Notes: a model not told the origin generated them from the letters alone. Positions 10,273-20,184 are shown, counted from the stretch's first letter. The stretch: 64,000 bases of DNA from an uncultured Gammaproteobacteria bacterium (GCA_964592195.1 CAZQEI010000002.1:13240-77239); one strand, 5' to 3'. Program-made: numbers and translations.

Positions 10273-11223
10273 CTATCTTGCCGACTTAACCATAAATTTT
10301 ACAATTTCCCTTACCACATTCTGCGACTTACCCGTTGTCGGAGTATGGTGAATCGACAAATCCGGCATGCCGTTAATTTCCAATATGAAAAAAGATTTGT
10401 TCGTCGGTTTCTTCGCAATATCTTTACAAATAACATCAATTCCAACTAAATCTTTACCTACTGCCTTAGCGGCCGCCACGCACAGTTTCTTGGCTTCGGC
10501 GTTAACAATAGAAGTAACGTCTCTAGTTTCTCCACCTTCAGCTAAACAAGAATTCTTTTTAATAAATACTACCTGATCTTTGGCTGGCACACTGCGTAAC
10601 TTCATGTGTTGGTCATTTAAAATTTCATCCAATTTTCTGTTGAATTCAGTGCGTTTATCCGTTTCTGTCTGTTTAGCCTTGATCAGTTTTTTAATCGAGG
10701 TAACACCATCCCCCACCACATACGGAGGAATCATTTCCAATGCGCCAATCACCCGACCGCCAAGCACTAACACACGAAATTCCTTACCAAACACCATGGT
10801 TTGCGCCACCATACTACGATAATAAGGCAATTTATCTTTGATAATTTTCAATGCTTCTTTAACATTACTAATAAACGGAAAAACGCCACGACTATTCGAG
10901 CCCTTGGCATCTTTTAATATAATGGGGAAATGCAAACTACTGAGCGCTTTTTCCGCTTCGTTCACCTCAAAATTCTTGCGATAAAATGCAACCGTCTTGG
11001 GTGTCGGAATTTTCTGGGCATGAAGAATTTGGAAAGTAATGTCTTTACATTGAGTTAATCGGGAACTAACAAAGGACTTGTTAACTAAAGAAATGTTTCG
11101 ATCTAACAATATCCGCTTTCCTTGAATATTAATGTAAAAACAATGACGCTCTGGCATAAACTCCTCGATAGTACCACCCATGTCGATCACTACCTGTTTG
11201 ATCATTTGCAAATTTTTATTCAT
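10273..11223 (-). CDS. RimK-like ATP-grasp ligase (alpha-L-glutamate ligase family)
   Basis: ATP-grasp C-terminal motifs (...GIDVICKD...FILEINGMPDLS). Its stop lies 2 nt upstream of the Pif1 ATG, so the two are translationally coupled. Confidence 0.6.
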   Translation of the reverse strand: MNKNLQMIKQVVIDMGGTIEEFMPERHCFYINIQGKRILLDRNISLVNKSFVSSRLTQCKDITFQILHAQKIPTPKTVAFYRKNFEVNEAEKALSSLHFPIILKDAKGSNSRGVFPFISNVKEALKIIKDKLPYYRSMVAQTMVFGKEFRVLVLGGRVIGALEMIPPYVVGDGVTSIKKLIKAKQTETDKRTEFNRKLDEILNDQHMKLRSVPAKDQVVFIKKNSCLAEGGETRDVTSIVNAEAKKLCVAAAKAVGKDLVGIDVICKDIAKKPTNKSFFILEINGMPDLSIHHTPTTGKSQNVVREIVKFMVKSAR

Positions 11224-11290
11224 AACGAAAATTTATTGATAAAGAAACCAACTAATTCCATAATAGCTTATTCTGGAATAAATGTCGATT

Positions 11291-11320
11291 AAAACAAAAA
11301 TAGTGAGGCCTTCACTATTC
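11291..11320 (-). terminator. Rho-independent terminator after the membrane protein gene
   Basis: aatagtgaGGCCttcactatt hairpin plus a T-run on the minus strand. Confidence 0.5.
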
Positions 11321-11331
11321 TTGCATATATT

Positions 11332-11955
11332 TTACGGACATTGTCGACAAGTACCAGACCAACTACTGTAAATCTTATTTGGAGTGGCTCCAGTCGGAAA
11401 ACAAGAATCAATTCTTAACTGCGTACCGGAATCATAGTAACTTCCCGTACATCGCCATGCAGTACCACAACCGGTTGGAACACATTTAGGAACAGGTTTG
11501 TAATTTATGGGAATATTGGGATTATCATTTATAATATGAATTGGCGCCGGTGATTGGTAAATAAAATAGGCGTAAAAAATACATCCCAATAAAATCAATA
11601 ACGCGATTAAGCTACTAATTTCATTCTTGTCTTTTGACGACATTCTACCTGCCACCGCGTTATCAGCCTGTTTCTTCACCGTATCATCAATTAACCCGCC
11701 AAAAGCAACATACAAGAAACCTCGCCAAATGGCATTTCCGCCTACATAGTAAACAATAATAGCCATTACCCCGTAAACAATGTAAAGCGTGTTCTTCTCC
11801 AAAAAAGCTGCAAAGTCTTTGGTGAATAGTGGCGACAAACTTTTGAAATTAAGCACAACTGCTACAATCGCCACTAACAATGGTAAAATCGAGAAAAAGA
11901 CTTTTGCAATGCGATAATAAATCTTCCCCTCCAACAAGGATTTTTTAATGGGCAT
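11332..11955 (-). CDS. Membrane protein (3 TM segments) with a Cys-rich C-terminal tail
   Basis: Hydrophobic segments; C-terminus reads VPKCVPTGCGTAWRCTG...CFPTG...GTCRQCP. Confidence 0.5.
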   Translation of the reverse strand: MPIKKSLLEGKIYYRIAKVFFSILPLLVAIVAVVLNFKSLSPLFTKDFAAFLEKNTLYIVYGVMAIIVYYVGGNAIWRGFLYVAFGGLIDDTVKKQADNAVAGRMSSKDKNEISSLIALLILLGCIFYAYFIYQSPAPIHIINDNPNIPINYKPVPKCVPTGCGTAWRCTGSYYDSGTQLRIDSCFPTGATPNKIYSSWSGTCRQCP

Positions 11956-12061
11956 AGTTTTTTAACTATGAATAAAAACTAAGACAATAATATTATACCA
12001 CTTTAAAAGTCAAAGTGAAAATAATATCTGCCCCACATAATCTTATCTGACACTTTCTTCT

Positions 12062-12132
12062 AGTCCGCCTTAGGCGGAAGTGTCAAGCCCATATCTGTTA
12101 TCCGCCTTTCGACTTCCGCCAAAGGCGGATTA
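12062..12132. repeat. REP-like palindrome pair able to form a composite cruciform
   Basis: tccgccttaggcgga ... ggcggaagt/acttccgcc ... ttccgccaaaggcggat. Confidence 0.6.
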
Positions 12133-12154
12133 TGAAAAAGTCGAAGATAAAATA

Positions 12155-12190
12155 TATAAAAAAATACACGCTTAACGTGTACTTTTATTT
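12155..12190 (-). terminator. Terminator after pepF (A-run / hairpin / T-run)
   Basis: aaaaaaatACACGcttaaCGTGTacttttattt. Confidence 0.55.
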
Positions 12191-12195
12191 AATGT

Positions 12196-14016
12196 TTATT
12201 TACTATCAATTAAAATTCTTTCCATTTCATCCATTATTTGATTCATCTTTTTAAATGCCGGTTGAAAAGCTTCAGTTGTCGTCATATCAACGCCCAAGCG
12301 TTTTAAAATCGGAATAGCATAATCAGAACAGCCAGCACTTAAAAACTCAGTCACGAACTTTTGTCGCATGTCATTTTCATTCTTAATAATCTGCTCAGCA
12401 ATCGCGGTAGTGGCACACAACGAAGTGGCATATTGAAACACATAGAAGTTATAATAGAAATGTGGAATATACGCCCATTCAATACCATATAAATCATCAA
12501 CCACCATAACACCTTTGTCGTGACCGTAATAAGTTTTTAAAATGTCTAAATATATTTTTGATAATTCTTCACCAGTCAATGACTTACCTGATTCAGCCAA
12601 CTCGTGAATTTTTAATTCGAACTCGGCAAACTGCGTCTGTCGGAACAAAGTCCCCCGATACATTTCCAATTGATTGCCCAAAATCGCCAAGCGTTGTTGT
12701 TTGTCAGTTATAGATTTTAAAGTTTCATCGACTAACAGAGCTTCGTTCGTGGTTGAAGCCACTTCAGCTAGAAATATTGGGTAATGAGAATTGAAAAAAG
12801 TTTGGGTTTTATTGGAATAATAACTGTGCATGGTATGACCAAGTTCATGCGCCAAAGTACTGACATCATCATACTTGCCCATGTAGTTCATTAAAATATA
12901 CGGGTGAACATCATAGGACGAACCTGACGAATAAGCGCCAGAGGTTTTGCCTTGGCTGGAATACATATCAATCCAGCGATTATTAAACGCTTCATTCACC
13001 ACAGAAACGTAATCATCGCCCAATGGTTGTAAAGATTTTTTAACTAGCGCTTCCGCCTCTTCCACTGAATAAGTTAAATTCACTTCTTTCACAATCGGCG
13101 GATAGACATCATAGTAATGTAACTCGATCAAGCCTAACATTTGTTTTTTCAATTTCAAATAGCGTTCCAAGGTCGGTAAGTTTTCATGCACGCTGGCGAT
13201 TAAATTTTTGTAAACTGCGGTGGGGATATTATTCCCGTCCAAGGCTTTTTCCAAGCAGGAAGAATAATGACGAACATTTTTATAAAACAAATGCGTCTTC
13301 ACTTGATTATACAATTGCACGCCAAAAGACCGTTCATATTGTTTGTAAGTCCCAAAAAATTCTTCCGCCACTTTTTTCCGCACTTCACGATCAGGATTCG
13401 CCCGATACAAAGTGTACGCCGCGTCGTCCAGGCGAACTTCTTGACCATCAGCTAATGTTAAACTGGCGCGAGGCATATCTGCATCTTTAAACACACTGTA
13501 AATCTCCGCCGGCGTGTCACTCATCATCCCAGCTTGAGAAATTATTTCTTCTTCATTTTCATTGCGAGTATGAGATTTAAGGCGGTGAATATTATCTAGG
13601 TAATGAGAATAAACTTTTAGCTCAGATTTTTCTGTTAAAAACGTTTGAACCAATTCTTCATCCAAAGCTAAAATTTCCGGATCAATAAATGATTCCAGCG
13701 CGCTGATTTTTGTTCCCAGTTGGTCAATCTCCTGCTTCATTGATAATGGTAATGATTCACGAACATCTAAGTCTAACAACTGATTAGCGTAGGCGTTCAA
13801 CCGGAAAAATTCTCGCCCAATATCAGAGGCAAATTCTAGACATTCAAACAAAATATCAGCTGACTCTCCCAAGTGGCCTTTAAATGATTCGAATTTATCA
13901 ACTTTAACTTTCAGCTCCGCCTTCTTCGCCTGCCAAGCTTCGTTGTTTTCAAATAAATCTTGCAAATTCCATTTGTATTTGTCGGCTATTTGAGCGCGGG
14001 TTAGTTTATTAACCAT
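12196..14016 (-). CDS. pepF: Oligoendopeptidase F (M3B family)
   Basis: 606 aa, with the HELGHTMHSY zinc-binding HEXXH motif. Confidence 0.8.
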   Translation of the reverse strand: MVNKLTRAQIADKYKWNLQDLFENNEAWQAKKAELKVKVDKFESFKGHLGESADILFECLEFASDIGREFFRLNAYANQLLDLDVRESLPLSMKQEIDQLGTKISALESFIDPEILALDEELVQTFLTEKSELKVYSHYLDNIHRLKSHTRNENEEEIISQAGMMSDTPAEIYSVFKDADMPRASLTLADGQEVRLDDAAYTLYRANPDREVRKKVAEEFFGTYKQYERSFGVQLYNQVKTHLFYKNVRHYSSCLEKALDGNNIPTAVYKNLIASVHENLPTLERYLKLKKQMLGLIELHYYDVYPPIVKEVNLTYSVEEAEALVKKSLQPLGDDYVSVVNEAFNNRWIDMYSSQGKTSGAYSSGSSYDVHPYILMNYMGKYDDVSTLAHELGHTMHSYYSNKTQTFFNSHYPIFLAEVASTTNEALLVDETLKSITDKQQRLAILGNQLEMYRGTLFRQTQFAEFELKIHELAESGKSLTGEELSKIYLDILKTYYGHDKGVMVVDDLYGIEWAYIPHFYYNFYVFQYATSLCATTAIAEQIIKNENDMRQKFVTEFLSAGCSDYAIPILKRLGVDMTTTEAFQPAFKKMNQIMDEMERILIDSK

Positions 14017-14074
14017 ACATGTTTATTGTAAATTAGCTCTTTATATTAACATCATTTTTCCATAACCAAATTAA

Positions 14075-15223
14075 CTACTTCACTCCTTCAACAATACCAT
14101 CCTTCAAACTATCTATATTAAAATACGTATATTCGCTTGCTCCAGAATACCATTTATAGTTCACTCGAGTAAACCGAAGTGTCTTTAAAGTTTCTTCAAT
14201 ATTCGAATGGAATTGTGATATATTTTTATTACTTGCAAAAGCCGCTAAAACAAAGGTAATGGTTTTGTTTCCACTTCCCGATACATTAACCTCACCATTA
14301 TCAATCCATAATTTTTCTCCACTTATTTTTCCGTAATTAGAACGCAAAACAGGGAACGCTGTGGATTGTATTTGAATAATTCTATTTTTTAGTTGCTTAC
14401 CTAACTTAATGATAACTTGATTTGAACTTGTTGAAGCTCTATTTATTCTATCGTTAAATATTCTAAACCCTATTGCTTCCGCTAATATGGAATCAATGCT
14501 ATCTCGTAATTTCGTTCCATCAAAACTTTTCAGACTTTCTATATCCTTATTGAGTTGATTAATAAACTCAACATCTTCTTGCTTCTGTTTTTCGTCTTGA
14601 ATTTTTTTCTTTTCTGATTCTGCCAACTTCAGTTCTTCTTCTGACATTTTACGATTCACTACCCAACTTATATCCGTTTTTTTGTCTCCAGTATTTGCAG
14701 ATAAATCAAGCGTATTTTTTTCATCCAATAAGACCCAGTCGTAAGAAAACGCCCCCTTGTCACTTAGCTCAACCAAATTACCTTGAATATTTAAAGTTGA
14801 CTTCTTTGGGCTAACGACACCCCTTAATGTAACTTTTGATTGATTCAATAAGCTATTATAAAGTGGTTCTATAACTGTAATTTTTGGGGAAGAATTTAAA
14901 TAGGAATTCAATAAAAACAAAACAAAAAACGACAAAATAGCGACTGCTGTCCAATTGTTTTTATTTTTTTCACTCCACTTTGATTTTTGCCAAATGTACC
15001 ATAAAAATATAAACGGTATGGCCATATACCACGCTCTGGCTGCAATTGCAACCACAATAACGATACCTAATCCTATAAGAACTAAAACTTTATTATTTTG
15101 ATCATTTTGTTTTATTACTGACGTATCATTGTTTAACTTACTACTTTGAATATTAGTTCCACAATGTTTACACTTAATCGCCTGTTCTTGTATTTCTTCT
15201 GCACAAAATTCGCATTTTTTCAT
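14075..15223 (-). CDS. Zinc-ribbon / single-TM membrane protein with an extracytoplasmic domain
   Basis: N-terminus MKKCEFCAEE...CKHCGT (zinc ribbon), then a TM helix and a lysine/glutamate-rich coiled region. Confidence 0.5.
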   Translation of the reverse strand: MKKCEFCAEEIQEQAIKCKHCGTNIQSSKLNNDTSVIKQNDQNNKVLVLIGLGIVIVVAIAARAWYMAIPFIFLWYIWQKSKWSEKNKNNWTAVAILSFFVLFLLNSYLNSSPKITVIEPLYNSLLNQSKVTLRGVVSPKKSTLNIQGNLVELSDKGAFSYDWVLLDEKNTLDLSANTGDKKTDISWVVNRKMSEEELKLAESEKKKIQDEKQKQEDVEFINQLNKDIESLKSFDGTKLRDSIDSILAEAIGFRIFNDRINRASTSSNQVIIKLGKQLKNRIIQIQSTAFPVLRSNYGKISGEKLWIDNGEVNVSGSGNKTITFVLAAFASNKNISQFHSNIEETLKTLRFTRVNYKWYSGASEYTYFNIDSLKDGIVEGVK

Positions 15224-15249
15224 ATCATAAATATAAATTATTTATACCT

Positions 15250-15645
15250 CTATTTAAACAACCATTCCCAAAATCTAGCAAACAAAGACTTAGACGGCTT
15301 TGGTGGATTATTTTTCATCGCATCATTAATAACTAAATCCGTTTTAACAGTATCAACAGCAGGAGTATTTTTTGGTTCCACTACTTGAATCTTCGGTTGT
15401 TTGTATTCCGGGGCTGGAGTAGTATATCCTCCATTTTCGGAATAATGGCTCTTAATTGGTTCAACTGGTTGTGGCAAGGCTTTAGCTTGATGACAATGAT
15501 ACTCCCCTGTACTTAAACCCCATTTTGAACAATTGGTACGACATGTATGGCATCCAGATGAATCTGTCCGTCCTGGATGGGCTTGGCTTAAACTGGGGAT
15601 GAATAAAACTGTGATTAACACAACAAACATTAAGATTTTTTTCAT
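15250..15645 (-). CDS. Small secreted Cys/His-rich protein (possibly YHYH-like metal-binding)
   Basis: The start is reassigned to MKKILMFVVLITVLFIPSLSQA (signal peptide). The ORF-track N-terminus would run through a terminator hairpin. Motifs GCHTCRTNC...GEYHCHQ are present. Confidence 0.45.
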   Translation of the reverse strand: MKKILMFVVLITVLFIPSLSQAHPGRTDSSGCHTCRTNCSKWGLSTGEYHCHQAKALPQPVEPIKSHYSENGGYTTPAPEYKQPKIQVVEPKNTPAVDTVKTDLVINDAMKNNPPKPSKSLFARFWEWLFK

Positions 15646-15651
15646 ATATTT

Positions 15652-15690
15652 CAAATTAAAAACAAACGGTTTCAACCTCGTTTGTTTCAA
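15652..15690 (-). terminator. Rho-independent terminator downstream of tRNA-Gln
   Basis: Minus strand reads GAAACAAACGaggttgaaacCGTTTGTTTTTAATTT. Confidence 0.6.
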
Positions 15691-15769
15691 ATATGAATCA
15701 AGCACCCAAACGGGTTGCTTTAGATAATTTTCATGGCGTGCCATATACCTGAACGCAGTGAATGGTATG

Positions 15770-15843
15770 TGGCTCGGGGACCTGGATTCGAACCAAGATA
15801 GACAGCTTCAAAGGCTGTTGTCCTACCATTAGACGATCCCCGA
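15770..15843 (-). tRNA. tRNA-Gln (anticodon TTG), with encoded CCA
   Basis: I folded it by hand. The acceptor stem TCGGGGA/TCCCCGA is 7 bp. The anticodon stem ACAGC/GCTGT carries loop CTTTGAA. The T-arm is CTTGG TTCGAAT CCAGG, and discriminator G plus CCA follow. The 3' half closely resembles E. coli tRNA-Gln. Confidence 0.8.
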
Positions 15844-15930
15844 ATAATAATTGTAAATTGGGATCGTCGACTTACGTCCATTAGCTTGCCCCGCAAAGCT
15901 TCTAGCGATGCGGGGACGATCCCCGAATAA
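15844..15930 (-). other. Structured 5' leader of tRNA-Gln containing a 16-nt direct duplicate of the tRNA 5' end
   Basis: TTATTCGGGGATCGTC occurs at the tRNA start and again 83 nt upstream. The leader has nested hairpins GGGATCGTC...GACGATCCC and CCCCGC...GCGGGG. Confidence 0.5.
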
Positions 15931-16021
15931 TGTAATTCCATACTACCTCAACTGTTAACAAAAGTCAATATTTCATTGTCACCCCTTTCCAAACCTGCTA
16001 TACTATAGATAACAATAACTA

Positions 16022-16432
16022 TTGATAAATATGCCATTTGATCATCCACTTTATAGTCTAGGAGAAACTGAAAAAAACCTGCAAATTGAAAGACTTAGAG
16101 ACACTATATATGACGTCTTAATCGAAGATGCCAAAGCACACAAAGAACTGCCGTTAACCCGAGATAGAATAGAAGAATTTCTTTCAACTCCGATTCCGGA
16201 TTTACTGAAAAATGTAGTTCAACGCGCGCAAGCTGAGGTGGAAACTGAGACAAATGTAAAGAAACAATCTGAATCAGCCGGGAAAAAACTTATGTACGCC
16301 AGCGCCTTCACAGTTGGTAAACGATTAGGACTAACTCCGAAGTCTTTAACTGAAGCTGATTACAATAAACGTAGTGATGAATATAAAGACAGGTTATTAA
16401 AAAAAATCTTTAATCATAATCTTAATAAATAA
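16022..16432 (+). CDS. Hypothetical protein (136 aa)
   Basis: ORF with TATACT -10 upstream; no recognisable domain. Confidence 0.45.
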   Translation: MINMPFDHPLYSLGETEKNLQIERLRDTIYDVLIEDAKAHKELPLTRDRIEEFLSTPIPDLLKNVVQRAQAEVETETNVKKQSESAGKKLMYASAFTVGKRLGLTPKSLTEADYNKRSDEYKDRLLKKIFNHNLNK

Positions 16433-16440
16433 CAAAATTT

Positions 16441-16947
16441 ATGGAAGAGACACAAAATCCTCAGCTCGAGAATCTCGCCACCCCACCATCGCCAACGGAA
16501 TTACCCGTAGCGCCAGTGGCAGCCGAGATCAAAGCCCCGCATTATGCTGGTGGCTGGATCCGTTTTTTGGCTATCATCATTGATGGCATTCTCATTTCAA
16601 TTGTTGCCGCGATCATTCATGCTATTTTCCCTGCCACTGCTCCAACCACTGATTTAACGACTGGTGTAACATCAATGGACAGTGTTTCTAGCTATCTCGG
16701 TTTATTGTATGTCGTTATTATGTTGGGTCTCAAGCAACAAACTCTTGGTATGATGGCCTTGAAGCTCAAACTCGTTTCCTTAAAACCAGGCAAACCAAAC
16801 TGGTGGTTAACTGCCATTTTGCGCCAAGTATTGGGCGGCTTTGTCTGCGTTGTTACTTTGGGCATTGGTTATTTAATCATCTTCTGGACCCCAAAAAAGC
16901 AAGGTTTGCATGATTATATTGCCGGGACTACCATTGTTCGCGAATAA
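16441..16947 (+). CDS. RDD-family membrane protein
   Basis: WIRFLAIIIDGILISIV plus multiple TM segments. Confidence 0.55.
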   Translation: MEETQNPQLENLATPPSPTELPVAPVAAEIKAPHYAGGWIRFLAIIIDGILISIVAAIIHAIFPATAPTTDLTTGVTSMDSVSSYLGLLYVVIMLGLKQQTLGMMALKLKLVSLKPGKPNWWLTAILRQVLGGFVCVVTLGIGYLIIFWTPKKQGLHDYIAGTTIVRE

Positions 16948-16961
16948 TACTGAATATACAT

Positions 16962-16988
16962 AAAAACAGACCGAAAGGTCTGTTTTTG
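16962..16988 (+). terminator. Rho-independent terminator
   Basis: aaaaaCAGACCgaaaGGTCTGttttt. Confidence 0.65.
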
Positions 16989-17111
16989 ATTCATAAAATA
17001 CAAAAAATCATGATCTAAATACAAACAGGCTAAACTGATTGACAAAAGCTGTAATATGTAGTAATATATGATATTAGCCCTTTGACAAAAACACCACAAC
17101 AGGAGAACAAT

Positions 17112-18320
17112 ATGCTTGAATACATGCAATCTGCCATGGCAGATCATTCGCCTCTGGCTATTCTATTTGCCTTTATTGGCGGCCTTTTGAGCGTAGCTAC
17201 TCCTTGCGTATTGCCCATGATTCCGATCACTTTATCAACATTGGGTGTCTCTTCTGCGCGTTCACGTAGTCAAGCTATCCTTTCCAGCTCCCTTTATGTC
17301 TTGGGAATCATGATAACCTTTACCTCACTTGGATTACTAAGTGGATTGTCTGGTGGAGTGTTTGGCGCCTGGCTAGCAAATACGTATGTGACGTTGGGAC
17401 TCGCCCTGCTTTTCATTGTCTTGGCCTTAAGCTCATTTGAACTTTACGAAATTGACTTACCTCAATCATTTACCGAGAAACTGGGAAGAATTAATCAAGG
17501 GAAAAGACATTACACCAAAGCCCTACTCATGGGTCTGGTGGCCGGTTTTATCGCTATGCCATGCTTAGGTCCAATTTTGGCTGGTATTCTTCTGGTCATC
17601 GGATTGACAGGAAATGGTGGTTTTGGAGCGTTGCTACTCGCCACCTATTCTTTAGGCTTTGGGATCCCCTTCTTTCTCTTTGGTGTTCTCTCAGTGAACT
17701 TACCGCGACGTGGCCCATGGATGCGAAACATCAAAAGTTTCTTTGGGTTGGCGCTCTTGTTGGTCGCCTTTTGGTTGTTGCGCAATATTATCCCCAGCTG
17801 GAGAGAATATTCAGTCAACCCCATACTGTCCGTTACCATTCTAATCAGTGGCATACTCATTGGCGCATTACATCGACATTTTGACGCCTCCCTCAAAGAC
17901 AAAATATTGAAGAGCGTTGGGATTCTTTTGTTCACTGTTGGTGCCAGTTTGATGATCAATTATGTATTGACCTCGGACAAGTCGAGTTGGTGTCAAGGCA
18001 ATGCCAATGCCTGCCTGGAGACTGAATGCAAGAATCATAAATTCACTATCGTAGATTTTTCCGCCAGTTGGTGTCTATCTTGTCATGAACTGGAAAATGA
18101 AACATTGGAGCATCCCTTGGTAACCAAAGCCCTGGAACAGTGGGGAAAAGTCTCAATCGACTATGATCAAAACCAAGAAATCGTTACACGCTTTCAAGTC
18201 AAAGGCTTGCCCACCTTGATCTTCCTTGATCAAAACTGCCAGCCCATTGGAACAGGGCATGAGGGAATGATAAAGCCTGATAAACTAATCGAAATGCTCC
18301 AAACATTTGAACAAGGATGA
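17112..18320 (+). CDS. dsbD: DsbD/CcdA-like thiol:disulfide interchange membrane protein fused to a C-terminal thioredoxin domain
   Basis: CVLPMIPI TM motif and C-terminal FSASWCLSCHELEN (WCxxC). Start chosen at ATG 17112, preceded by aggaga. Confidence 0.7.
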   Translation: MLEYMQSAMADHSPLAILFAFIGGLLSVATPCVLPMIPITLSTLGVSSARSRSQAILSSSLYVLGIMITFTSLGLLSGLSGGVFGAWLANTYVTLGLALLFIVLALSSFELYEIDLPQSFTEKLGRINQGKRHYTKALLMGLVAGFIAMPCLGPILAGILLVIGLTGNGGFGALLLATYSLGFGIPFFLFGVLSVNLPRRGPWMRNIKSFFGLALLLVAFWLLRNIIPSWREYSVNPILSVTILISGILIGALHRHFDASLKDKILKSVGILLFTVGASLMINYVLTSDKSSWCQGNANACLETECKNHKFTIVDFSASWCLSCHELENETLEHPLVTKALEQWGKVSIDYDQNQEIVTRFQVKGLPTLIFLDQNCQPIGTGHEGMIKPDKLIEMLQTFEQG

Positions 18321-18364
18321 GATTTGGCGACTAGGCAGATGTAGTGTATAATTGATTAGTAAAT

Positions 18365-18688
18365 ATGCTATACTTAATCAACCTCCCGGCCCTGGCCGTA
18401 GAAAAACTAAAAATTCTTGCCTCAGAATCTGGATTTGAAACAGAATTATTAACCGACAGTGAATCGCTACCAGATGAGATCACCAGTTCTGATCGTGTGG
18501 CAACAGTACTTGAAGATATGGAAACATTACTTCAGATTTTAAAAAAGAAGAGCCACCCCAATGGATTAGAAGTCCTTATCCTCCTGAACCATGAAATCAC
18601 TAACCAATTCGGATATGAAGCGGTAGACAACCTTCGCGTTTCTTATTTGTCACTCAATGAATTACTAAACCTCTCTGTTATTAATTAA
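18365..18688 (+). CDS. Hypothetical protein (107 aa)
   Basis: ORF with TATAAT upstream; first gene of a co-directional five-gene cassette. Confidence 0.45.
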   Translation: MLYLINLPALAVEKLKILASESGFETELLTDSESLPDEITSSDRVATVLEDMETLLQILKKKSHPNGLEVLILLNHEITNQFGYEAVDNLRVSYLSLNELLNLSVIN

Positions 18689-18709
18689 CAGAGTTTTTTT
18701 ATAAATATT

Positions 18710-19597
18710 ATGGCCCTACCACTTGAAAAAATAACATTTGAAGGTCAAACACCTGAAGTTAAAACTAACGAACCGGAAAAATCTAAAACCTCCAGACCCA
18801 AAAATCTAGAACTACTGCCTGACTTTGAACGTTTTGAAGATAATGCGGAAGCGAGAGTACAAGATTACTTTGATATTCTGCTACCAAAACTGACACCAGC
18901 TGACCAGAAAAAACTTACTGAGCTAATTTCCTCGGGCGACTCCCTTAGTCTGCCAGAAATAAACAAAGTAATCACTGACCCAAAGCAATGTCGAGAAGTA
19001 ACAAAAGCCTTGGCCATTCTGACAGAAAAAAAGATCAAGGCTGGCTCAGGACTGGAAAAATTAAAATTGTTTTTTACCCCAGGAATAAGTCAAAACGGTT
19101 TTAGTTTATGTCGGGCGCTAAAATGGCTCAAACAAAATAGCCCCAGTGAGACCACTTCCATTGTTTATCCTGGCTCAGCTTCTGATTCTTCTGGTTGGCT
19201 GAAATATATTGGTGCCTCGGGCACTGATAAAGTTTACTGTGTTAGTCTTGGTGGGCCAGCAGGCGAAAAAGCTCCGGAAAAAGTACTACAGCAAGGAGTC
19301 AAAGCTGAGCACATTATGAAATCATACAGTGCAGCGATTGATGATGGTGACTTACCAAACCAAGGTGCTGATGCCATGATCCTGGATCTAACTGGGGTCG
19401 GCATCGTTATGGCAAATAACAATATGAAGAAAGAAAATAGTAGTTTTCAAAATGGGGTTGAACCTGTTTTGCGCGAAGGAGGAATATTGATCGTTGCCAA
19501 TAATCACGCAGTCGAGGGTTTACTAAATGATAAATACAGAAAAATTTTCGGGAATGCAAAATCTCCTTTTGCTATGTGGCAAAAACATACAAAATAA
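18710..19597 (+). CDS. Hypothetical protein (295 aa)
   Basis: Long ORF; no recognisable catalytic motif. Confidence 0.5.
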   Translation: MALPLEKITFEGQTPEVKTNEPEKSKTSRPKNLELLPDFERFEDNAEARVQDYFDILLPKLTPADQKKLTELISSGDSLSLPEINKVITDPKQCREVTKALAILTEKKIKAGSGLEKLKLFFTPGISQNGFSLCRALKWLKQNSPSETTSIVYPGSASDSSGWLKYIGASGTDKVYCVSLGGPAGEKAPEKVLQQGVKAEHIMKSYSAAIDDGDLPNQGADAMILDLTGVGIVMANNNMKKENSSFQNGVEPVLREGGILIVANNHAVEGLLNDKYRKIFGNAKSPFAMWQKHTK

Positions 19598-19610
19598 TCC
19601 ATATCACACA

Positions 19611-19638
19611 AAAAACAGGCCAAAAGGTCTGTTTTTTA
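19611..19638 (+). terminator. Rho-independent terminator
   Basis: aaaaACAGGCCaaaaGGTCTGTtttttt. Confidence 0.6.
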
Positions 19639-19729
19639 TACGATTGACTTTTGACGCAAAATAATCTAAACTAAACTATTCTTAGAACCTTAACAACCAC
19701 ACCGGCAATCGCCACCGGAAGGAGAAACC

Positions 19730-20146
19730 ATGGGACTCAGATTAGCGGGAGAATTAAGTCAAAGAAGTGATGACTATGACGAACATAAAGACGAAGAAGC
19801 AAGGATTAAGTTTGACCAACTTTCAGATGAAGAAAGAAACCAGATTAAACGTCAATTTGATCAATATCATCAAAACGACCAAACCCGAGTCACGGAAATG
19901 GTGGCCAATCTTTATAATCTACTGAAATCCACTGGCGAAGGCAGATGCTATGAAGTCATGAAGTTAACTAAGTTTGATTTTGCTCTGGGTACAGCGGTCA
20001 TTTCATTAGACCATCTTGTTGGTGCAGCAAGAGCTATGGCTAAATATTGCGAAGATGAGACCTTTGACGTATATATTGATCGTGATGAGGTTAACTATTC
20101 TGGAGAAGAACCACACACCAATTATGCTCTTTATGTTTCTTGGTAA
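19730..20146 (+). CDS. Hypothetical protein (138 aa), paralog of the next gene
   Basis: SD ggaaggag upstream. Starts MGL and ends ...FDVYIDRDE...YALYVSW. Confidence 0.55.
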   Translation: MGLRLAGELSQRSDDYDEHKDEEARIKFDQLSDEERNQIKRQFDQYHQNDQTRVTEMVANLYNLLKSTGEGRCYEVMKLTKFDFALGTAVISLDHLVGAARAMAKYCEDETFDVYIDRDEVNYSGEEPHTNYALYVSW

Positions 20147-20184
20147 ACACACCGACACCAGCAAAAACTGGGAGGAGGAACATC

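Noticed and set aside
15720-15941. Plus-strand 73-aa ORF
   Set aside because: It overlaps tRNA-Gln and its structured leader on the opposite strand, so it is a spurious ORF.
17561-17959. Overlapping ORFs inside dsbD (17561..17884 plus strand, 17645..17959 minus strand)
   Set aside because: They are alternative-frame artefacts within a well-supported CDS.
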